The notes beneath the pieces were generated by a model that made no database searches, was not told the DNA's origin, and saw only the letters and a program-made list of their open reading frames with translations. Below are positions 52,018 through 64,000 of a DNA stretch of 64,000 nucleotides, in pieces (the stretch's first letter is position 1; each line of letters opens with the position of its first letter). A program made the translations under genes and the position numbers. The DNA comes from an uncultured cyanobacterium (lineage in GTDB: Bacteria > Cyanobacteriota > Cyanobacteriia > Leptolyngbyales > Leptolyngbyaceae), in the NCBI GenBank assembly GCA_963766075.1, contig CAVYAN010000105.1, positions 32,001-96,000 on the forward strand. Direction: 5' to 3'.

Positions 52018-52380
52018 CCCCTCGGCAACCGACTCTTTTCCGTAGCCTGTAGCTTGATTGATACGCCTATATCTTGATTTATATAAAGAGTTGATGAGAG
52101 TTACAGCATACAAGAGGTTCTAGGTAGAAGCCCTGACAGAGATTTGCTATGGTGACTTCTGGTGAAGCGCAGGGAATACTGTTAATGCCAGTCATTTAAT
52201 AATGTCAGTCATCTAAACGCACTAGTCCACCTAGGCGCTGTTTAATCCATCCCTGCCTGAGCTCTTTAAGGAAACTTCTCACACAGTATTAAGCGTGATC
52301 GGAAGCCTTAAGTAAAATTCCTCTTTAAGAACCTAATCTTTGGTACCGGCCTCATACTCAATCCCTTAGGAGAATTCCCC

Positions 52381-52812
52381 GTGGTTCAAGCACAAGTTCA
52401 AGAGATTCAAGATGTGTTGACCCCAGCCGCTGCGATCGCCAGCCTGCCACACACCCTCGCCTCCACCGAACTCCGCCCTTGGGGGGCCTTCACCATCCTC
52501 GAAGAAGCCCGTGGCTACAAAATCAAACGGATCGAAGTCAAACCTGGCCATCGCCTCAGCTTGCAAATGCACCATCACCGCAGTGAGCACTGGATCGTCG
52601 TATCTGGCACGGCGCGCGTCCTCTGTGGCGATACAGAGCAAACCCTCAGCAGCAACCAATCCACCTACGTGCCGCAGTGCACTCCCCACCGTTTGGAAAA
52701 CCCCGGCGTCATTCCCCTCATCTTAATCGAGGTTCAAAACGGTGAATATCTGGGCGAAGATGACATTATTCGTTTTCAAGATGACTACGCCCGCATCCCG
52801 GCTTCTGTCTAG
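52381..52812 (+). CDS. Mannose-6-phosphate isomerase type II C-terminal cupin protein
   Basis: Motifs RPWG, LSLQMHHHRSEHW, HRLENPG and IEVQNGEYLGEDDIIR. Confidence 0.9.
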   Translation: MVQAQVQEIQDVLTPAAAIASLPHTLASTELRPWGAFTILEEARGYKIKRIEVKPGHRLSLQMHHHRSEHWIVVSGTARVLCGDTEQTLSSNQSTYVPQCTPHRLENPGVIPLILIEVQNGEYLGEDDIIRFQDDYARIPASV

Positions 52813-52954
52813 GTTGAATTGACTCCTCCCCTTGCAAACTCGCGCAGTCCGAATTTCCCTAATCGCCCTTTGTCCAGTACAGAGGGCGATTTATCGTGAA
52901 GAGGGTAATCTAGCGATAGGATAATCAGTGAGCTTCCTATGCCCACCCCTCCTA

Positions 52955-53284
52955 ATGATCCAATTTAGCCCAGCAGCCACCACCGAAATTTTGCGTCTTC
53001 ACGCCAAACGGCATAACCCTAGCCTATTACTACGTATCGGGATTGCTCCCCAGGGCTGCTTGGAGCTTTCCTACGTCATGGAGTTTGCTACCGACCAACA
53101 GGCAAATGATCACCATTTTGACTGCAACGGCATCCCCGTCGTCATCCAGGCAGACCAACTAGCTTATCTCGACACCTTGGTCATCGACTACTCGGAAGAT
53201 ATGATGGGCGGTGGCTTTAGATTCAGCAATACAAAGGCCGTCCAGAGCTGTAGCTGTGGCAATTCCTTTGCGATCGCCCGTTAA
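52955..53284 (+). CDS. HesB/IscA family Fe-S cluster assembly accessory protein
   Basis: Motifs QGC...Y, IDYSEDMMGGGFRF.N and CSCGNSF. Confidence 0.88.
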   Translation: MIQFSPAATTEILRLHAKRHNPSLLLRIGIAPQGCLELSYVMEFATDQQANDHHFDCNGIPVVIQADQLAYLDTLVIDYSEDMMGGGFRFSNTKAVQSCSCGNSFAIAR

Positions 53285-53556
53285 AAAACACGCCATGCTG
53301 CTCACTGACGACCTCCGCCTCTAACCTGGCGCAGCTTTTTCATCCCTCAATTTGCCAACTTTTTATCACTCAAGTTACCAACTCGAGTATGGATCGCCCA
53401 CAAAGCGACGCTTTCCGCTAGAATAGCAAAGCGTCTCTCGCACCCCGAAAAGGTTGTACACCTATCATTGACAATGACCTGTCAAGTTTGGTAAGGTTGT
53501 CAACCGGAAAACTTTTGAACACTTACCTGACCGCACATCACTTGTAGAAAAATAAA

Positions 53557-53940
53557 ATGCCCACCATTCAGCAGCTCATTCGCAGTGAGCGTCAAGCCGC
53601 CAAGCAAAAAACCAAGTCCCCCGCACTGAAGAGTTGCCCCCAACGCCGTGGAGTTTGTACTCGGGTTTACACCACAACGCCCAAAAAGCCTAACTCTGCC
53701 TTGCGCAAGGTTGCTCGTGTTCGCTTGACCTCCGGATTTGAGGTCACTGCTTATATCCCTGGGATTGGGCATAATTTACAAGAACATTCTGTGGTGATGA
53801 TTCGCGGGGGTCGGGTCAAAGATTTACCCGGTGTTCGCTACCACATCATTCGCGGCACCTTAGATACCGCCGGTGTTAAAGATCGGAAGCAGTCCCGCTC
53901 GAAATACGGTGCAAAACGCCCCAAGGTGAAGGCATCCTAA
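53557..53940 (+). CDS. rpsL: 30S ribosomal protein S12
   Basis: Motifs [20 protein letters not shown] and [10 protein letters not shown]. Confidence 0.99.
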   Translation: MPTIQQLIRSERQAAKQKTKSPALKSCPQRRGVCTRVYTTTPKKPNSALRKVARVRLTSGFEVTAYIPGIGHNLQEHSVVMIRGGRVKDLPGVRYHIIRGTLDTAGVKDRKQSRSKYGAKRPKVKAS

Positions 53941-54176
53941 ACCGTAAGAAGAGAAACGTCAGTATTTGTCTTAGACAGCAACATTTTGCCAATTAAAACC
54001 GCGTTCCTGGGGTTAACCGGTTTTATTGATTTGCAATCACCTCTCTGTTCCAGGCAATAGGATTGAATTGAATGTAATCCATCAAGCTTCAGTCCCGTAG
54101 ACAGCTTGAAAAAATTTCTGCCCATTTAACACATTAGTCGTCACTTATTCTTTTTCACCCTGTTTGGGAAGCGCCT

Positions 54177-54647
54177 ATGTCTCGCCGTACTACCATCCAA
54201 AAACGTCCGATTCCGCCGGATTCCGTCCACAACTCTCGCTTGGTAACCATGATGGTTCGGCGAATTATGTCCAGTGGCAAGAAATCATTGGCCACTCGTA
54301 TTGTTTATCAAGCGTTTGAAACCATCTCCCAGCGTACAGGGGGAGATCCAATGGAAGTGTTTGAACGCGCTGTTAAAAACGCAACACCTCTAGTCGAGGT
54401 TAAGGCACGTCGGGTTGGCGGTGCTACCTATCAAGTACCCATGGAAGTGCGGTCTGACCGAGGCACAGCTTTGGCCTTGCGTTGGCTAATTCAATACTCT
54501 CGCCAACGTGCTGGCAAAAGTATGGCGAGCAAGCTAGCCAATGAGCTGATGGATGCCTCTAATGAAACGGGAAGTGCCATTCGTAAGCGGGAAGAAACCC
54601 ATCGGATGGCAGAAGCGAACAAGGCATTTGCTCACTACCGTTACTAA
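54177..54647 (+). CDS. rpsG: 30S ribosomal protein S7
   Basis: Motifs [11 protein letters not shown] and [14 protein letters not shown]. Confidence 0.99.
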   Translation: MSRRTTIQKRPIPPDSVHNSRLVTMMVRRIMSSGKKSLATRIVYQAFETISQRTGGDPMEVFERAVKNATPLVEVKARRVGGATYQVPMEVRSDRGTALALRWLIQYSRQRAGKSMASKLANELMDASNETGSAIRKREETHRMAEANKAFAHYRY

Positions 54648-54734
54648 TTCATTCCCTCAGTATCTAGCCAATGTAGGGTTTCAATCAATGGGCCACTGTA
54701 TTCAAGTTTCCCACAGAGACTCAAGGAGGTAGCT

Positions 54735-56858
54735 GTGTCCCGTACCGTTCCGCTCGAACAAGTCCGAAATATTGGAATTGCCGCCCATATTGACGCTGGC
54801 AAAACGACAACGACCGAGCGGATCTTGTTCTACTCTGGCGTTGTTCATAAAATTGGTGAAGTTCACGATGGGAATGCCACCACCGACTGGATGGAACAGG
54901 AGCGGGAGCGTGGGATTACAATCACGGCAGCGGCAATTAGTACCCAATGGACACGGCGCGATCCATTGAATCCAACCCAGGCTTTGCCAAACGAACCAGA
55001 ATATAAAATTAACATCATCGATACACCGGGTCATGTGGACTTCACTATTGAAGTGGAGCGTTCCATGCGCGTTCTGGACGGTGTAATTACAGTTCTCTGC
55101 TCAGTGGGCGGGGTGCAGCCTCAGACCGAAACGGTTTGGCGTCAAGCTGATCGCTATGCCGTTCCCCGGATCATCTTTATCAATAAGATGGATCGAACAG
55201 GGGCTAATTTTTATCGCGTGTACAACCAAGTGCGCGATCGCCTGCGCGCTAACGCAGTGCCAATCCAGCTTCCTATAGGAGCCGAAGATAACTTCAAGGG
55301 GTTGGTAGATTTGGTCAGAATGCGGGCCTACATGTATACAAACGACCTTGGCACTGATATTTCTGAAACTGCTATCCCAGATGACATGGTGGCGGTTGCC
55401 GAGGAATACAGAGCAAAATTGATTGAATCCGTTGCTGAAACTGACGATGTCTTAACAGAGAAATATCTTGAGGGTGAAGACTTAACCCTTGAGGAAATCA
55501 AGTCTGCTCTGCGAACAGGAACGCTTTCGGGCGCTATAGTGCCGATGCTTTGTGGCTCTGCCTTTAAGAATAAGGGCGTGCAAGCCATGCTAGATGCTGT
55601 AATTGACTACCTTCCCTCACCCTTGGAGGTTAAACCCATCCAGGGTACTTTGCCGGACGGTACGCTGACAGAGCGCTCAGCCGTGGATGATGCACCTTTT
55701 GCCGCCCTCGCCTTCAAGGTGATGTCTGATAAATTTGTCGGTCGTCTGACCTTTATCCGCGTCTACTCTGGCGTCCTTAAAAAGGGCAGTTATATCTATA
55801 ATGCGACGAAGGATAAAAAAGAGCGGGTTTCTCGTTTAATTATCCTGAAAGCAGATGATCGGATCGATGTAGATGAGCTACGGGCTGGTGACCTAGGCGC
55901 TGTTCCGGGTCTATCTAACACATTGACCGGAGATACCCTTTGTTCTGAAGATTCTCCCGTAATTCTAGAGTCCTTGTTCATTCCTGAGCCGGTGATTTCT
56001 GTTGCGGTAGAGCCCAAGACAAAGCAGGATATGGAGAAGCTATCGAAGGCGCTCCAAGCTTTATCCGAGGAAGATCCAACTTTCCGTGTGAATGTTGATC
56101 CAGAAACCAACCAAACCGTGATCGCTGGGATGGGTGAGCTTCACCTAGAAATCCTAGTGGATCGAATGCTACGTGAGTTCAAGGTTGAAGCCAACGTTGG
56201 TGCACCTCAGGTTGCCTACCGCGAAACAATTCGGAAGCGGGTAAAAACTGAGGGCAAATTCGTTCGCCAAAGCGGGGGTAAAGGTCAGTATGGTCACGTT
56301 GTGATTGAACTGGAGCCTGGTGAGCCGGGAACAGGTTTCGAGTTTATCTCTAAAATTGTTGGGGGAACTGTTCCGAAGGAATATATTTCTCCAGCAGAGC
56401 AAGGGATGCGAGAAGCGTGTGAATCTGGGATCGTAGCGGGTTATCCCGTAATCGATGTTAAAGTCACTTTGGTGGATGGTTCCTTCCACGAAGTTGACTC
56501 TTCGGAAATGGCGTTTAAGATTGCTGGCTCTATGGCAGTCAAAGATGCTGTGATGAAGGCGAGTCCTGTTATTCTGGAACCGATGATGAAGGTCGAAGTG
56601 GAAGTTCCCGATGATTTTATTGGTAACGTCATTGGCGACCTGAATGCGCGTCGGGGCCACATTGAAGGACAGGACAATGAAAATGGCATTGCCAAGGTAA
56701 CCTCTAAAGTTCCTTTGGCAAAAATGTTTGGATATGCTACTGATATCCGAACAAAAACGCAGGGTCGCGGTGTCTTCTCGATGGAGTTTAGCAACTACGA
56801 AGAAGTACCCCGCAACGAAGCGGAAGCTATCATCGCAAAAAGTAAAGGGAACGCTTAA
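54735..56858 (+). CDS. fusA: Elongation factor G
   Basis: Motifs [26 protein letters not shown] and GMGELHL. Confidence 0.99.
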   Translation: MSRTVPLEQVRNIGIAAHIDAGKTTTTERILFYSGVVHKIGEVHDGNATTDWMEQERERGITITAAAISTQWTRRDPLNPTQALPNEPEYKINIIDTPGHVDFTIEVERSMRVLDGVITVLCSVGGVQPQTETVWRQADRYAVPRIIFINKMDRTGANFYRVYNQVRDRLRANAVPIQLPIGAEDNFKGLVDLVRMRAYMYTNDLGTDISETAIPDDMVAVAEEYRAKLIESVAETDDVLTEKYLEGEDLTLEEIKSALRTGTLSGAIVPMLCGSAFKNKGVQAMLDAVIDYLPSPLEVKPIQGTLPDGTLTERSAVDDAPFAALAFKVMSDKFVGRLTFIRVYSGVLKKGSYIYNATKDKKERVSRLIILKADDRIDVDELRAGDLGAVPGLSNTLTGDTLCSEDSPVILESLFIPEPVISVAVEPKTKQDMEKLSKALQALSEEDPTFRVNVDPETNQTVIAGMGELHLEILVDRMLREFKVEANVGAPQVAYRETIRKRVKTEGKFVRQSGGKGQYGHVVIELEPGEPGTGFEFISKIVGGTVPKEYISPAEQGMREACESGIVAGYPVIDVKVTLVDGSFHEVDSSEMAFKIAGSMAVKDAVMKASPVILEPMMKVEVEVPDDFIGNVIGDLNARRGHIEGQDNENGIAKVTSKVPLAKMFGYATDIRTKTQGRGVFSMEFSNYEEVPRNEAEAIIAKSKGNA

Positions 56859-56876
56859 CTAGAAGGAAGATAACTC

Positions 56877-58106
56877 ATGGCACGTGCAAAGTTTGAACGG
56901 AATAAACCCCACGTCAATATTGGAACCATCGGTCACGTTGACCACGGTAAAACGACCTTGACGGCTGCAATTACGATGACCCTGGCGGCACTTGGCCAAG
57001 CCACCGCGAAAAAATACGCCGACATTGATGCGGCTCCTGAAGAAAAGGCACGGGGCATCACGATCAATACGGCTCACGTCGAGTACGAGACCACAGAGCG
57101 GCACTATGCCCACGTGGATTGTCCTGGACACGCAGACTACGTGAAGAATATGATCACGGGTGCTGCCCAAATGGACGGGGCAATTTTGGTGGTGTCGGCG
57201 GCTGATGGTCCTATGCCCCAAACCCGTGAGCACATCTTGCTAGCACGTCAGGTTGGCGTTCCTCGCTTGGTGGTCTTCCTGAATAAAAAAGACATGGTGG
57301 ATGACGAGGAGCTTCTGGAACTGGTGGATTTAGAGGTTCGTGAGCTCCTAAGTTCTTATGATTTCCCAGGTGACGAGATTCCCATTGTGGCAGGTTCTGC
57401 ACTGCAAGCGGTAGAAGTCATGACGGCTAACCCTAAGACAGCTAAGGGTGAAAATGAGTGGGTGGATTGCATCTACAAGTTGATGGACGAGGTGGACGCT
57501 TATATCCCTACCCCGGAGCGGGACGTTGACAAGCCTTTCTTGATGGCTGTGGAAGATGTCTTTTCCATCACGGGTCGGGGAACTGTGGCCACCGGGCGGA
57601 TCGAGCGTGGTGTGGTCAAGGTGGGCGATGAAATCGCCATCATTGGGATTAAAGACACTCGCAAGAGCACAGTCACCGGGATCGAAATGTTTAAGAAGTC
57701 CTTGGAGCAAGGCATGGCCGGAGATAACGCCGGTATCTTGCTCCGGGGGATTCAGAAGGCAGATATTGAACGGGGTATGGTTCTAGCGAAGCCCGGTTCG
57801 ATTACGCCCCATACAAAGTTCGAGTCTGAGGTATATATCCTGAAGAAGGAAGAGGGCGGTCGTCATACACCATTCTTCCCAGGCTACCGTCCTCAATTCT
57901 ACGTGCGGACTACGGATGTGACCGGTACTATCAGTGACTTCACAACTGACGAAGGCGGTGAAGCTGAAATGGTCATGCCGGGTGACCGTATCAAGATGAC
58001 TGTAGAACTGATAAACCCCATCGCCATCGAACAAGGGATGCGTTTTGCTATCCGTGAGGGGGGCCGTACCGTTGGTGCGGGTGTGGTTGCAAAAATCTTG
58101 AAGTAG
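56877..58106 (+). CDS. tuf: Elongation factor Tu
   Basis: Motifs [24 protein letters not shown] and [10 protein letters not shown]. Confidence 0.99.
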   Translation: MARAKFERNKPHVNIGTIGHVDHGKTTLTAAITMTLAALGQATAKKYADIDAAPEEKARGITINTAHVEYETTERHYAHVDCPGHADYVKNMITGAAQMDGAILVVSAADGPMPQTREHILLARQVGVPRLVVFLNKKDMVDDEELLELVDLEVRELLSSYDFPGDEIPIVAGSALQAVEVMTANPKTAKGENEWVDCIYKLMDEVDAYIPTPERDVDKPFLMAVEDVFSITGRGTVATGRIERGVVKVGDEIAIIGIKDTRKSTVTGIEMFKKSLEQGMAGDNAGILLRGIQKADIERGMVLAKPGSITPHTKFESEVYILKKEEGGRHTPFFPGYRPQFYVRTTDVTGTISDFTTDEGGEAEMVMPGDRIKMTVELINPIAIEQGMRFAIREGGRTVGAGVVAKILK

Positions 58107-58311
58107 GTTTCTATCAATCAGCTATTAGTGGTAAGGCTTTACAGCTTCTCTACTGATAGCTGATTAGATTCAATATCTTCTGTATTTTTAAGCAAACATT
58201 CACTATTGCGTATAAGTTCGCACCCGGGTTTTTGCGCTTATTCCGAAGGCCGATAACGGCTTAAGGTTATTTTTGAACCTTGAAAACTTACTGATTGGAA
58301 TCAATATCACT

Positions 58312-58629
58312 ATGGCTACTATTCAGCAGCAAAAAATCCGGATCCGCCTCAAGGCATTTGACCGTCGTCTACTTGACGCCTCTTGCGAGAAGATCGTCGA
58401 TACTGCCAACCGTACTAATGCTACCGCGATCGGCCCAATTCCCTTACCTACTCGTCGCCGGATCTATTGCGTCTTGAGATCGCCCCACGTAGACAAGGAT
58501 TCTCGTGAGCACTTTGAAACTCGGACCCACCATCGGATTATTGATATTTACCAGCCGTCTTCTAAGACCATTGACGCCTTGATGAAGCTGGATCTGCCAG
58601 CAGGTGTCGATATTGAGGTTAAGCTTTAG
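58312..58629 (+). CDS. rpsJ: 30S ribosomal protein S10
   Basis: Motifs [17 protein letters not shown] and [14 protein letters not shown]. Confidence 0.99.
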   Translation: MATIQQQKIRIRLKAFDRRLLDASCEKIVDTANRTNATAIGPIPLPTRRRIYCVLRSPHVDKDSREHFETRTHHRIIDIYQPSSKTIDALMKLDLPAGVDIEVKL

Positions 58630-58651
58630 AACTCAGATTTTTATAGAGAGT

Positions 58652-58686
58652 AAAACAGAGGGGACGGGCTGCCTCCTCTGTTTTTG
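58652..58686 (+). terminator. Terminator after rpsJ
   Basis: AAAACAGAGGGG...CTCCTCTGTTTTT. Confidence 0.7.
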
Positions 58687-58809
58687 TTGCGTTAGATATT
58701 TTGACTAGGTGTTTTGGTTTTTGGGAAACTCCTAATGCTAGGAATGACAAACCTCTATCCTAATGGGATACAGTAGTGGAAGCAGCATTGTCTTGTATCT
58801 GATTCCCTA

Positions 58810-59466
58810 ATGACGCCTTCTTCGATCGCAGTCCGCGAATTGCCCATTTTTCCTTTGCCAGAAGTCGTTCTATTTCCGGGTAGGCCGTTACCTCTGCATA
58901 TTTTTGAATTTCGCTACCGAATCATGATGAACACGATTCTGGAGAGCGATCGCCGCTTTGGGGTGCTGATGTGGGATCAAGAAAACAACCGTCCCGCCAA
59001 TGTCGGTTGCTGCGCCGAAATTATCCAATTTCAGCGCCTACCCGATGACCGAATGAAGGTTCTCACAGTAGGTCAGCAGCGATTCCGCGTTTTGGAATAT
59101 GTACGAGAAAAGCCTTATCGGGTTGGGTTAGTCGAATGGATTGATGATCATCCTCCCGAAAAAAACCTCATTCCCCTTGCACAGGATGTAGGCCGGTTGC
59201 TCCAAGACGTGGTGCATCTGTCAGCAAAGCTGACAGGCCAAGAAATTGAGTTGCCAGAAACCATGCCCGACCTTCCGATTGAGTTGTCCTATTGGATTGC
59301 CAGCAACTTATATGGAGTTGCAGAGGAGCAGCAAGCATTATTGGAAATGCAGGAGACATCTGCACGACTACAACGCGAAGCAGAAATTTTGACCTCAACA
59401 CGCAACCATTTAGCAGCACGTACCGTTTTGAAAGACACCTTAAAAGACACACTAGAAGATGTCTGA
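58810..59466 (+). CDS. LON peptidase N-terminal (substrate-binding) domain protein
   Basis: Motifs LPIFPL..VLFPG..LPLHIFE.RYR and QQALLE. No ATPase or protease domain. Confidence 0.9.
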   Translation: MTPSSIAVRELPIFPLPEVVLFPGRPLPLHIFEFRYRIMMNTILESDRRFGVLMWDQENNRPANVGCCAEIIQFQRLPDDRMKVLTVGQQRFRVLEYVREKPYRVGLVEWIDDHPPEKNLIPLAQDVGRLLQDVVHLSAKLTGQEIELPETMPDLPIELSYWIASNLYGVAEEQQALLEMQETSARLQREAEILTSTRNHLAARTVLKDTLKDTLEDV

Positions 59467-60142
59467 AGCACGGGAAGCAGTAGCTATTTATGCGAATTTG
59501 CAATAGGAATAAATCGAAAATCAACTTGCTCAGCTAGATTTGAGGTGGATTGATGGGGTAAATTCGCCAAGAGCCGCCCTCATCGACATTACAACAACTG
59601 CCCCAAGGCTGCTTTTGCAGCTTTAGGGCAGGGGCAAGGATTGTAGCTATTTACCCTAGTCTTTACCTGTTAATGCAGCGCATTTCACTAATATTGAATC
59701 ACTAAATTTGAATCACTAAATACGAAGCCTGGCGGACTGCTCTGTTGAAAATCCGCCCAGAGTTGGGCATTGTAACTAAATAGTACCGCCACTTGTATAA
59801 AACATTCCGCAAATTACAAGATTGGGTTTGCAGATTAATTCTAAATTGCTGGGACCAATTTTTAATTTCCGTGCAATTGCACAATCTCCCCTTTACACAA
59901 CCCTACCTTAAAGCCAGCCTAGAACCAGATTCTCCAAAAACGCTCTTCTGGCTTTAGCCCCCTGAATCCATGAACTTAGATTAATAAAACGATGTATTTC
60001 TTTGTATTAGTTGTAATCTTACGATACATTAATGAGGCTTCCTTGACTGTTTAAGATCCCCGTAGTGATTGATACGTCAGGGATTTGCTGCATATCTTAC
60101 GCTGGGACACGTTGGACTCTCTCGAAATATTTTGGAACAATC

Positions 60143-61465
60143 ATGAACACAGAGGATATGCATCGCGTTGTGATCGTGGGCGGAGGCTTTGGTGGGCTAT
60201 ATGCGGCTAAGTCCTTAGGCAACGCTCCTGTTCAGATCACCCTGATCGACAAGCGGAACTTCCATCTGTTTCAGCCCCTCCTCTACCAAGTAGCGACCGG
60301 GACACTCTCGCCGGCAGATATTTCATCGCCGCTGCGAGGAATTTTGGGCAAGCAAAAAAATACAACGGTGCGCCTGGATGAGGTTCGAGATATTGATCCC
60401 CAGAATCAGCAGGTACACCTCAAGGAAGAAACGATTCCCTACGACACCCTGATTGTGGCCACAGGCGTAAGTCACCATTATTTTGGCAATGAGCACTGGG
60501 CTGATCGCGCTCCCGGCTTGAAGACCGTCGAAGATGCGCTAGAAATGCGGCGGCGAATCTTCATGGCATTTGAGGCCGCAGAGAAAGAAACTGATCTAGA
60601 ACAACGTGAGGCATGTTTGACGTTTGTAGTGGTGGGGGGTGGTCCCACGGGCGTGGAATTAGCCGGTGCGATCGCGGAACTCGCCTACGGCACCCTCAAG
60701 AACGATTTCCGAAACATTGACACCGCCGCTGCCAAGATTCTGTTACTAGAAGGCTTGGATCGCGTCCTTCCCCCCTACCCTCCCGAACTTTCCGCCGAGG
60801 CTGAAGCATCTCTAACCAAACTCGGCGTCACCGTTCAAACCAAAACCCTCGTCACCAATATTGAGGACGATATTGTCACTCTTCGCCAAGGGGACATCGA
60901 AACCAAAATTTCCGCAAAAACTGTACTATGGGCCGCTGGAGTGAAAGCATCCCCACTGGGGACAGCCTTGGCAAACTGTACCGGAGCGGAACTGGATCGG
61001 GTCGGACGCGTCATTGTGCAACCCAACCTCAGTATTGTGAACCATCCCAATATTTTTGTGGTAGGCGACCTCGCCCACTTTGCCCATCAAGATAATGGCA
61101 AACCCTTACCCGGAACAGCGGCAGTGGCCATGCAGCAGGGCGAGTACATTGCCACCGTAGTACAAAATCGGATGCAAAACCAACCCGAACCGCCCTTCGT
61201 ATACAACCACATCGGCAGTATGGCAGTGATTGGCCAAAATGAAGCCGTGGCTGATATGGGCTTTATGAAATTCTCTGGCCCCCTGGCATGGTTTCTATGG
61301 ATTTTTGCCCACATTTACTTCTTGATTGAATTTGATAACAAGCTAATCGTCATGCTGCAGTGGGGTTGGAACTACTTTACCCGCAATCGGGGTGCCCGTC
61401 TTATTACTGGGAATAATCCACTCGTGGCCCAAACAACTCTGGCAGAACTGGGTAGTCGTCCCTAG
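60143..61465 (+). CDS. Type II NADH dehydrogenase (NDH-2)
   Basis: Motifs VVIVGGGFGG, FQPLLYQVATG, VVGGGPTGVELAG, WAAGV and VGD. Confidence 0.92.
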   Translation: MNTEDMHRVVIVGGGFGGLYAAKSLGNAPVQITLIDKRNFHLFQPLLYQVATGTLSPADISSPLRGILGKQKNTTVRLDEVRDIDPQNQQVHLKEETIPYDTLIVATGVSHHYFGNEHWADRAPGLKTVEDALEMRRRIFMAFEAAEKETDLEQREACLTFVVVGGGPTGVELAGAIAELAYGTLKNDFRNIDTAAAKILLLEGLDRVLPPYPPELSAEAEASLTKLGVTVQTKTLVTNIEDDIVTLRQGDIETKISAKTVLWAAGVKASPLGTALANCTGAELDRVGRVIVQPNLSIVNHPNIFVVGDLAHFAHQDNGKPLPGTAAVAMQQGEYIATVVQNRMQNQPEPPFVYNHIGSMAVIGQNEAVADMGFMKFSGPLAWFLWIFAHIYFLIEFDNKLIVMLQWGWNYFTRNRGARLITGNNPLVAQTTLAELGSRP

Positions 61466-61569
61466 GATTATCCCTACCCGATGGACATGCCATTCACGCT
61501 TTAAGACATCCGCCTTGCAAGTCCCACTCTCCACCAAGGCATCACCGACGCATTAATACTGAAGCGTAT

Positions 61570-61583
61570 GTATCGCTAGATAC
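61570..61583. promoter_or_regulatory. Putative NtcA box
   Basis: (T)GTATCGCTAGATAC matches GTA-N8-TAC with an extended GTATC/GATAC palindrome, upstream of the STAS gene. Confidence 0.4.
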
Positions 61584-61758
61584 TTTTCAGTAGAAGTACT
61601 TACTCAAATCTTTAAATGGAATGCTAGGTCTGATGAAGATTCCAAAAACGGATAGCAACTGGCATAGGCATCAATTGTGACACAGGATATGGTTATGGGG
61701 CGTGAGACGAAATTTTTGGGAATTGCTACTTCTTCTACTGAATTTGAACATAAGGATC

Positions 61759-62097
61759 ATGATGCAGAACTTACTCGCCCGTCCTCAAGCCGATTTTTTC
61801 CAACCCTGTGGCGTAATTAATGCAACGAACGCCGTGCAATGGCAGACTCAATTCAATCAAGCTGTACTCTCCCCAGAAACCTCTAGCTTAATTATCGATA
61901 TGGGCAAATTGGAGTCGATTGACAGCGCCGGTTTAATGGTCCTGGTATCGGTCGTTAAGATGGCCCATCGCTACAACAAAACGGTGAGTGTCTGCTCCGT
62001 ACCCAATCCGATTCGGATTGTTTTGGAACTGACTCAACTTGATCGCGTTGTTGATATCCACGAAAACCACGCCGCATTTACTGCCGCTGCGGCCTAG
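61759..62097 (+). CDS. STAS-domain anti-sigma factor antagonist
   Basis: IIDMGKLESIDSAGL with the phosphorylatable Ser, and LELTQLDRV. Confidence 0.88.
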   Translation: MMQNLLARPQADFFQPCGVINATNAVQWQTQFNQAVLSPETSSLIIDMGKLESIDSAGLMVLVSVVKMAHRYNKTVSVCSVPNPIRIVLELTQLDRVVDIHENHAAFTAAAA

Positions 62098-62309
62098 GCT
62101 TCAAGGGCTCAGTCCTAGACGGAACGGCTGAGTTAACCTGTATCTCCAGCTTGGGGGCAGTCCTCGTGTCAGCATCAAGCCCTCATTTTTCTGGCGAAGA
62201 GTGAGGGCTTTTAGTTTTTCATCCTTCATAGTTTCCCGCGATCGCCATGCTTTCTCCCTATACTGATGTATGCCGATGACCGAAATTGGTTTGTTTGGAG
62301 GATCGTCCC

Positions 62310-64000
62310 GTGGCAGTCGCTGTTGATGCTTTGCTAACACCGGAAATTTTGCGTCCGGCGCGGTATTTGGGCAATGAGTTTGGCGCAGTGCATAAACCCT
62401 GGGAGTCGGCGGTGGTGCGCTGGGTACTCACCTATCCAGAAGTATATGAAGTCGGTGCGTCTAACTTAGGGCACATCATTTTATACAGCATCTTAAATGC
62501 ACAGCCACGCCAGTTGTGCGATCGCGCCTACCTCCCCGCCGCTGATCTGGCCACAAAGCTACGGCAGACTAACACCCCACTGTTTGCAGTGGAATCGCGG
62601 CGATCGCTGCAGGACTACGACATTTTGGGCTTCAGCCTTAGTTACGAACTGGGGGCAACCAACATCCTGGAAATGCTGGATCTGGCCGGGATTCCGCTCA
62701 CTTGGCAAGCGCGACAGTCCGCCCCCATCTCCCAATGGCCATTAATCTTTGCGGGTGGCCAGACCGCCACCTCTAACCCTGAACCCTATGCAGACTTCTT
62801 CGATTTCATTGCCCTGGGAGATGGCGAGGAGCTACTGCCAGAAATTGGCCTGGTCCTTGAAGAAGGCAAAATCGCAGGGCTAAGCCGCACCGAGATCTTA
62901 CTGGACTTAGCTCAGGTGCCCGGCGTGTATGTACCGCAGTTCTACGATATGGCTGCCGATGGCTCGGTGCATCCCCATCGAGAGGATGTGCCAGCCCGGG
63001 TTTTACGGCGCGTGGCTACCCCGATGCCTCACTATGCCCAGGGCCTCGTCCCCTATGTCGAAACGGTGCATGATCGTCTTGTAGTCGAGATTCGGCGAGG
63101 CTGCACCCGAGGCTGTCGCTTTTGCCAACCCGGTATGCTAACCCGTCCCGCACGGGATGTGGAGCCGGAAGCGGTGATTGAGGCCATTGAAACCGGGATG
63201 CGGGCGACGGGCTACAACGAATTTTCTTTGCTGTCGCTGAGTTGCTCCGACTACCTGGCCCTACCTGCTGTGGGCATGGAAATCAAGAATCGTCTGAAGA
63301 ATGAAAATATTACCCTGTCGCTTGCCCAGTCAGCGGGTCGATCGCTTCGATCAGGACATTTCCAATATTCTGGGCGGTACCCGCCAGTCTGGCCTGACCT
63401 TTGCACCTGAGGCAGGCACCCAACGAATTCGGGATATTATCAACAAAGGCTTAACCAATGAAGAACTGCTGCGGGGAGTGAAAACCGCCTTTCAGCAAGG
63501 CTGGGATAAAATCAAGCTTTATTTCATGATTGGTCTGCCGGGAGAAACCGACGCCGACGTGATTGGCATTGCTGAAACGGTGCGCTGGTTAAAGAATCAA
63601 TGTTGGGGCAAGGGGCGGAAACCCTTGAGCTTTAACATCACCATTTCCAACTTTACGCCCAAACCCCATACTCCCTTCCAGTGGCATTCGGTTTCGACCC
63701 ATGAATTTTCGCGGAAGCAATCAGCTGCTGCGCCAAGAATTCCGGCCCATGCGCGGTCTGAAGGTGAACTTTACTGATGTGCGGATTTCGGCCATGGAGG
63801 ACTTTGTGGGCCGGGGCGATCGCCGCCTGGCCCCAGTGATTCAACGCGCCTGGGAACTGGGCGCGGGGATGGATGCCTGGTGGGAAAGCCTAGATCGGGC
63901 GTTTGGCGCATGGACTCAAGCGATCGACGAAGCCGGACTGACCCTGAAATATCGCCGCGTCGAACAGGGCGAATGGAATCTATTTGAAGAGGCTGACCGT
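62310..64000 (+). CDS. B12-binding radical SAM protein (TIGR03960-like), partial, frameshifts at about 63321 and 63721
   Basis: Motifs PARYLGNE, YPEVYEVG, EIRRGCTRGCRFC and KLYFMIGLPGET. Removing single bases restores LSLPSQRVDR and KQQLLRQEF. Confidence 0.9.

Noticed and set aside
54950..55005. Extra segment ([17 protein letters not shown]) in the EF-G G domain as an intein or other insertion element
   Set aside because: It is far too short and has no intein motifs. It is best read as a lineage-specific loop.

Overview
Chromosomal window from a cyanobacterium. The HIP1 octamer GCGATCGC is frequent throughout, and the window carries Fd-GOGAT, DASH cryptochrome, sucrose-phosphatase and pentapeptide-repeat genes. 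Most of it is core genome: tyrA, cry-DASH, Tat-type SOD, clpC, two glycosyltransferases, uvrA, pheT, an SpkB-like kinase, ruvA, spp, mutY, mtnA, recN, an ABC1 kinase, glsF/gltB, the rpsL-rpsG-fusA-tuf-rpsJ operon, NDH-2 and a B12-binding radical SAM gene. An accessory patch of about 5.5 kb (about 30.95-36.4 kb) holds a TPR gene with nine near-identical 120-bp repeats and a decayed tail, an intact vapBC pair, an uncharacterised gene followed by a degenerate ~64-bp periodic tract, several 5'-truncated gene remnants and REP-like palindromes. The strongest unannotated signals are non-coding: (i) a ~115-nt sRNA or attenuator with an NtcA box over its -10 element, upstream of the glycosyltransferase genes; (ii) a compact pseudoknot-capable leader in front of a 70-aa ORF; (iii) a ~370-nt multi-stem region upstream of glsF; (iv) a cloverleaf-like element upstream of the kinase. 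Six single-base frameshifts in conserved genes most likely reflect sequencing or assembly indels. I found no tRNA, rRNA, CRISPR array or intact transposase. All gene calls come from reading motifs by eye, not from database searches.
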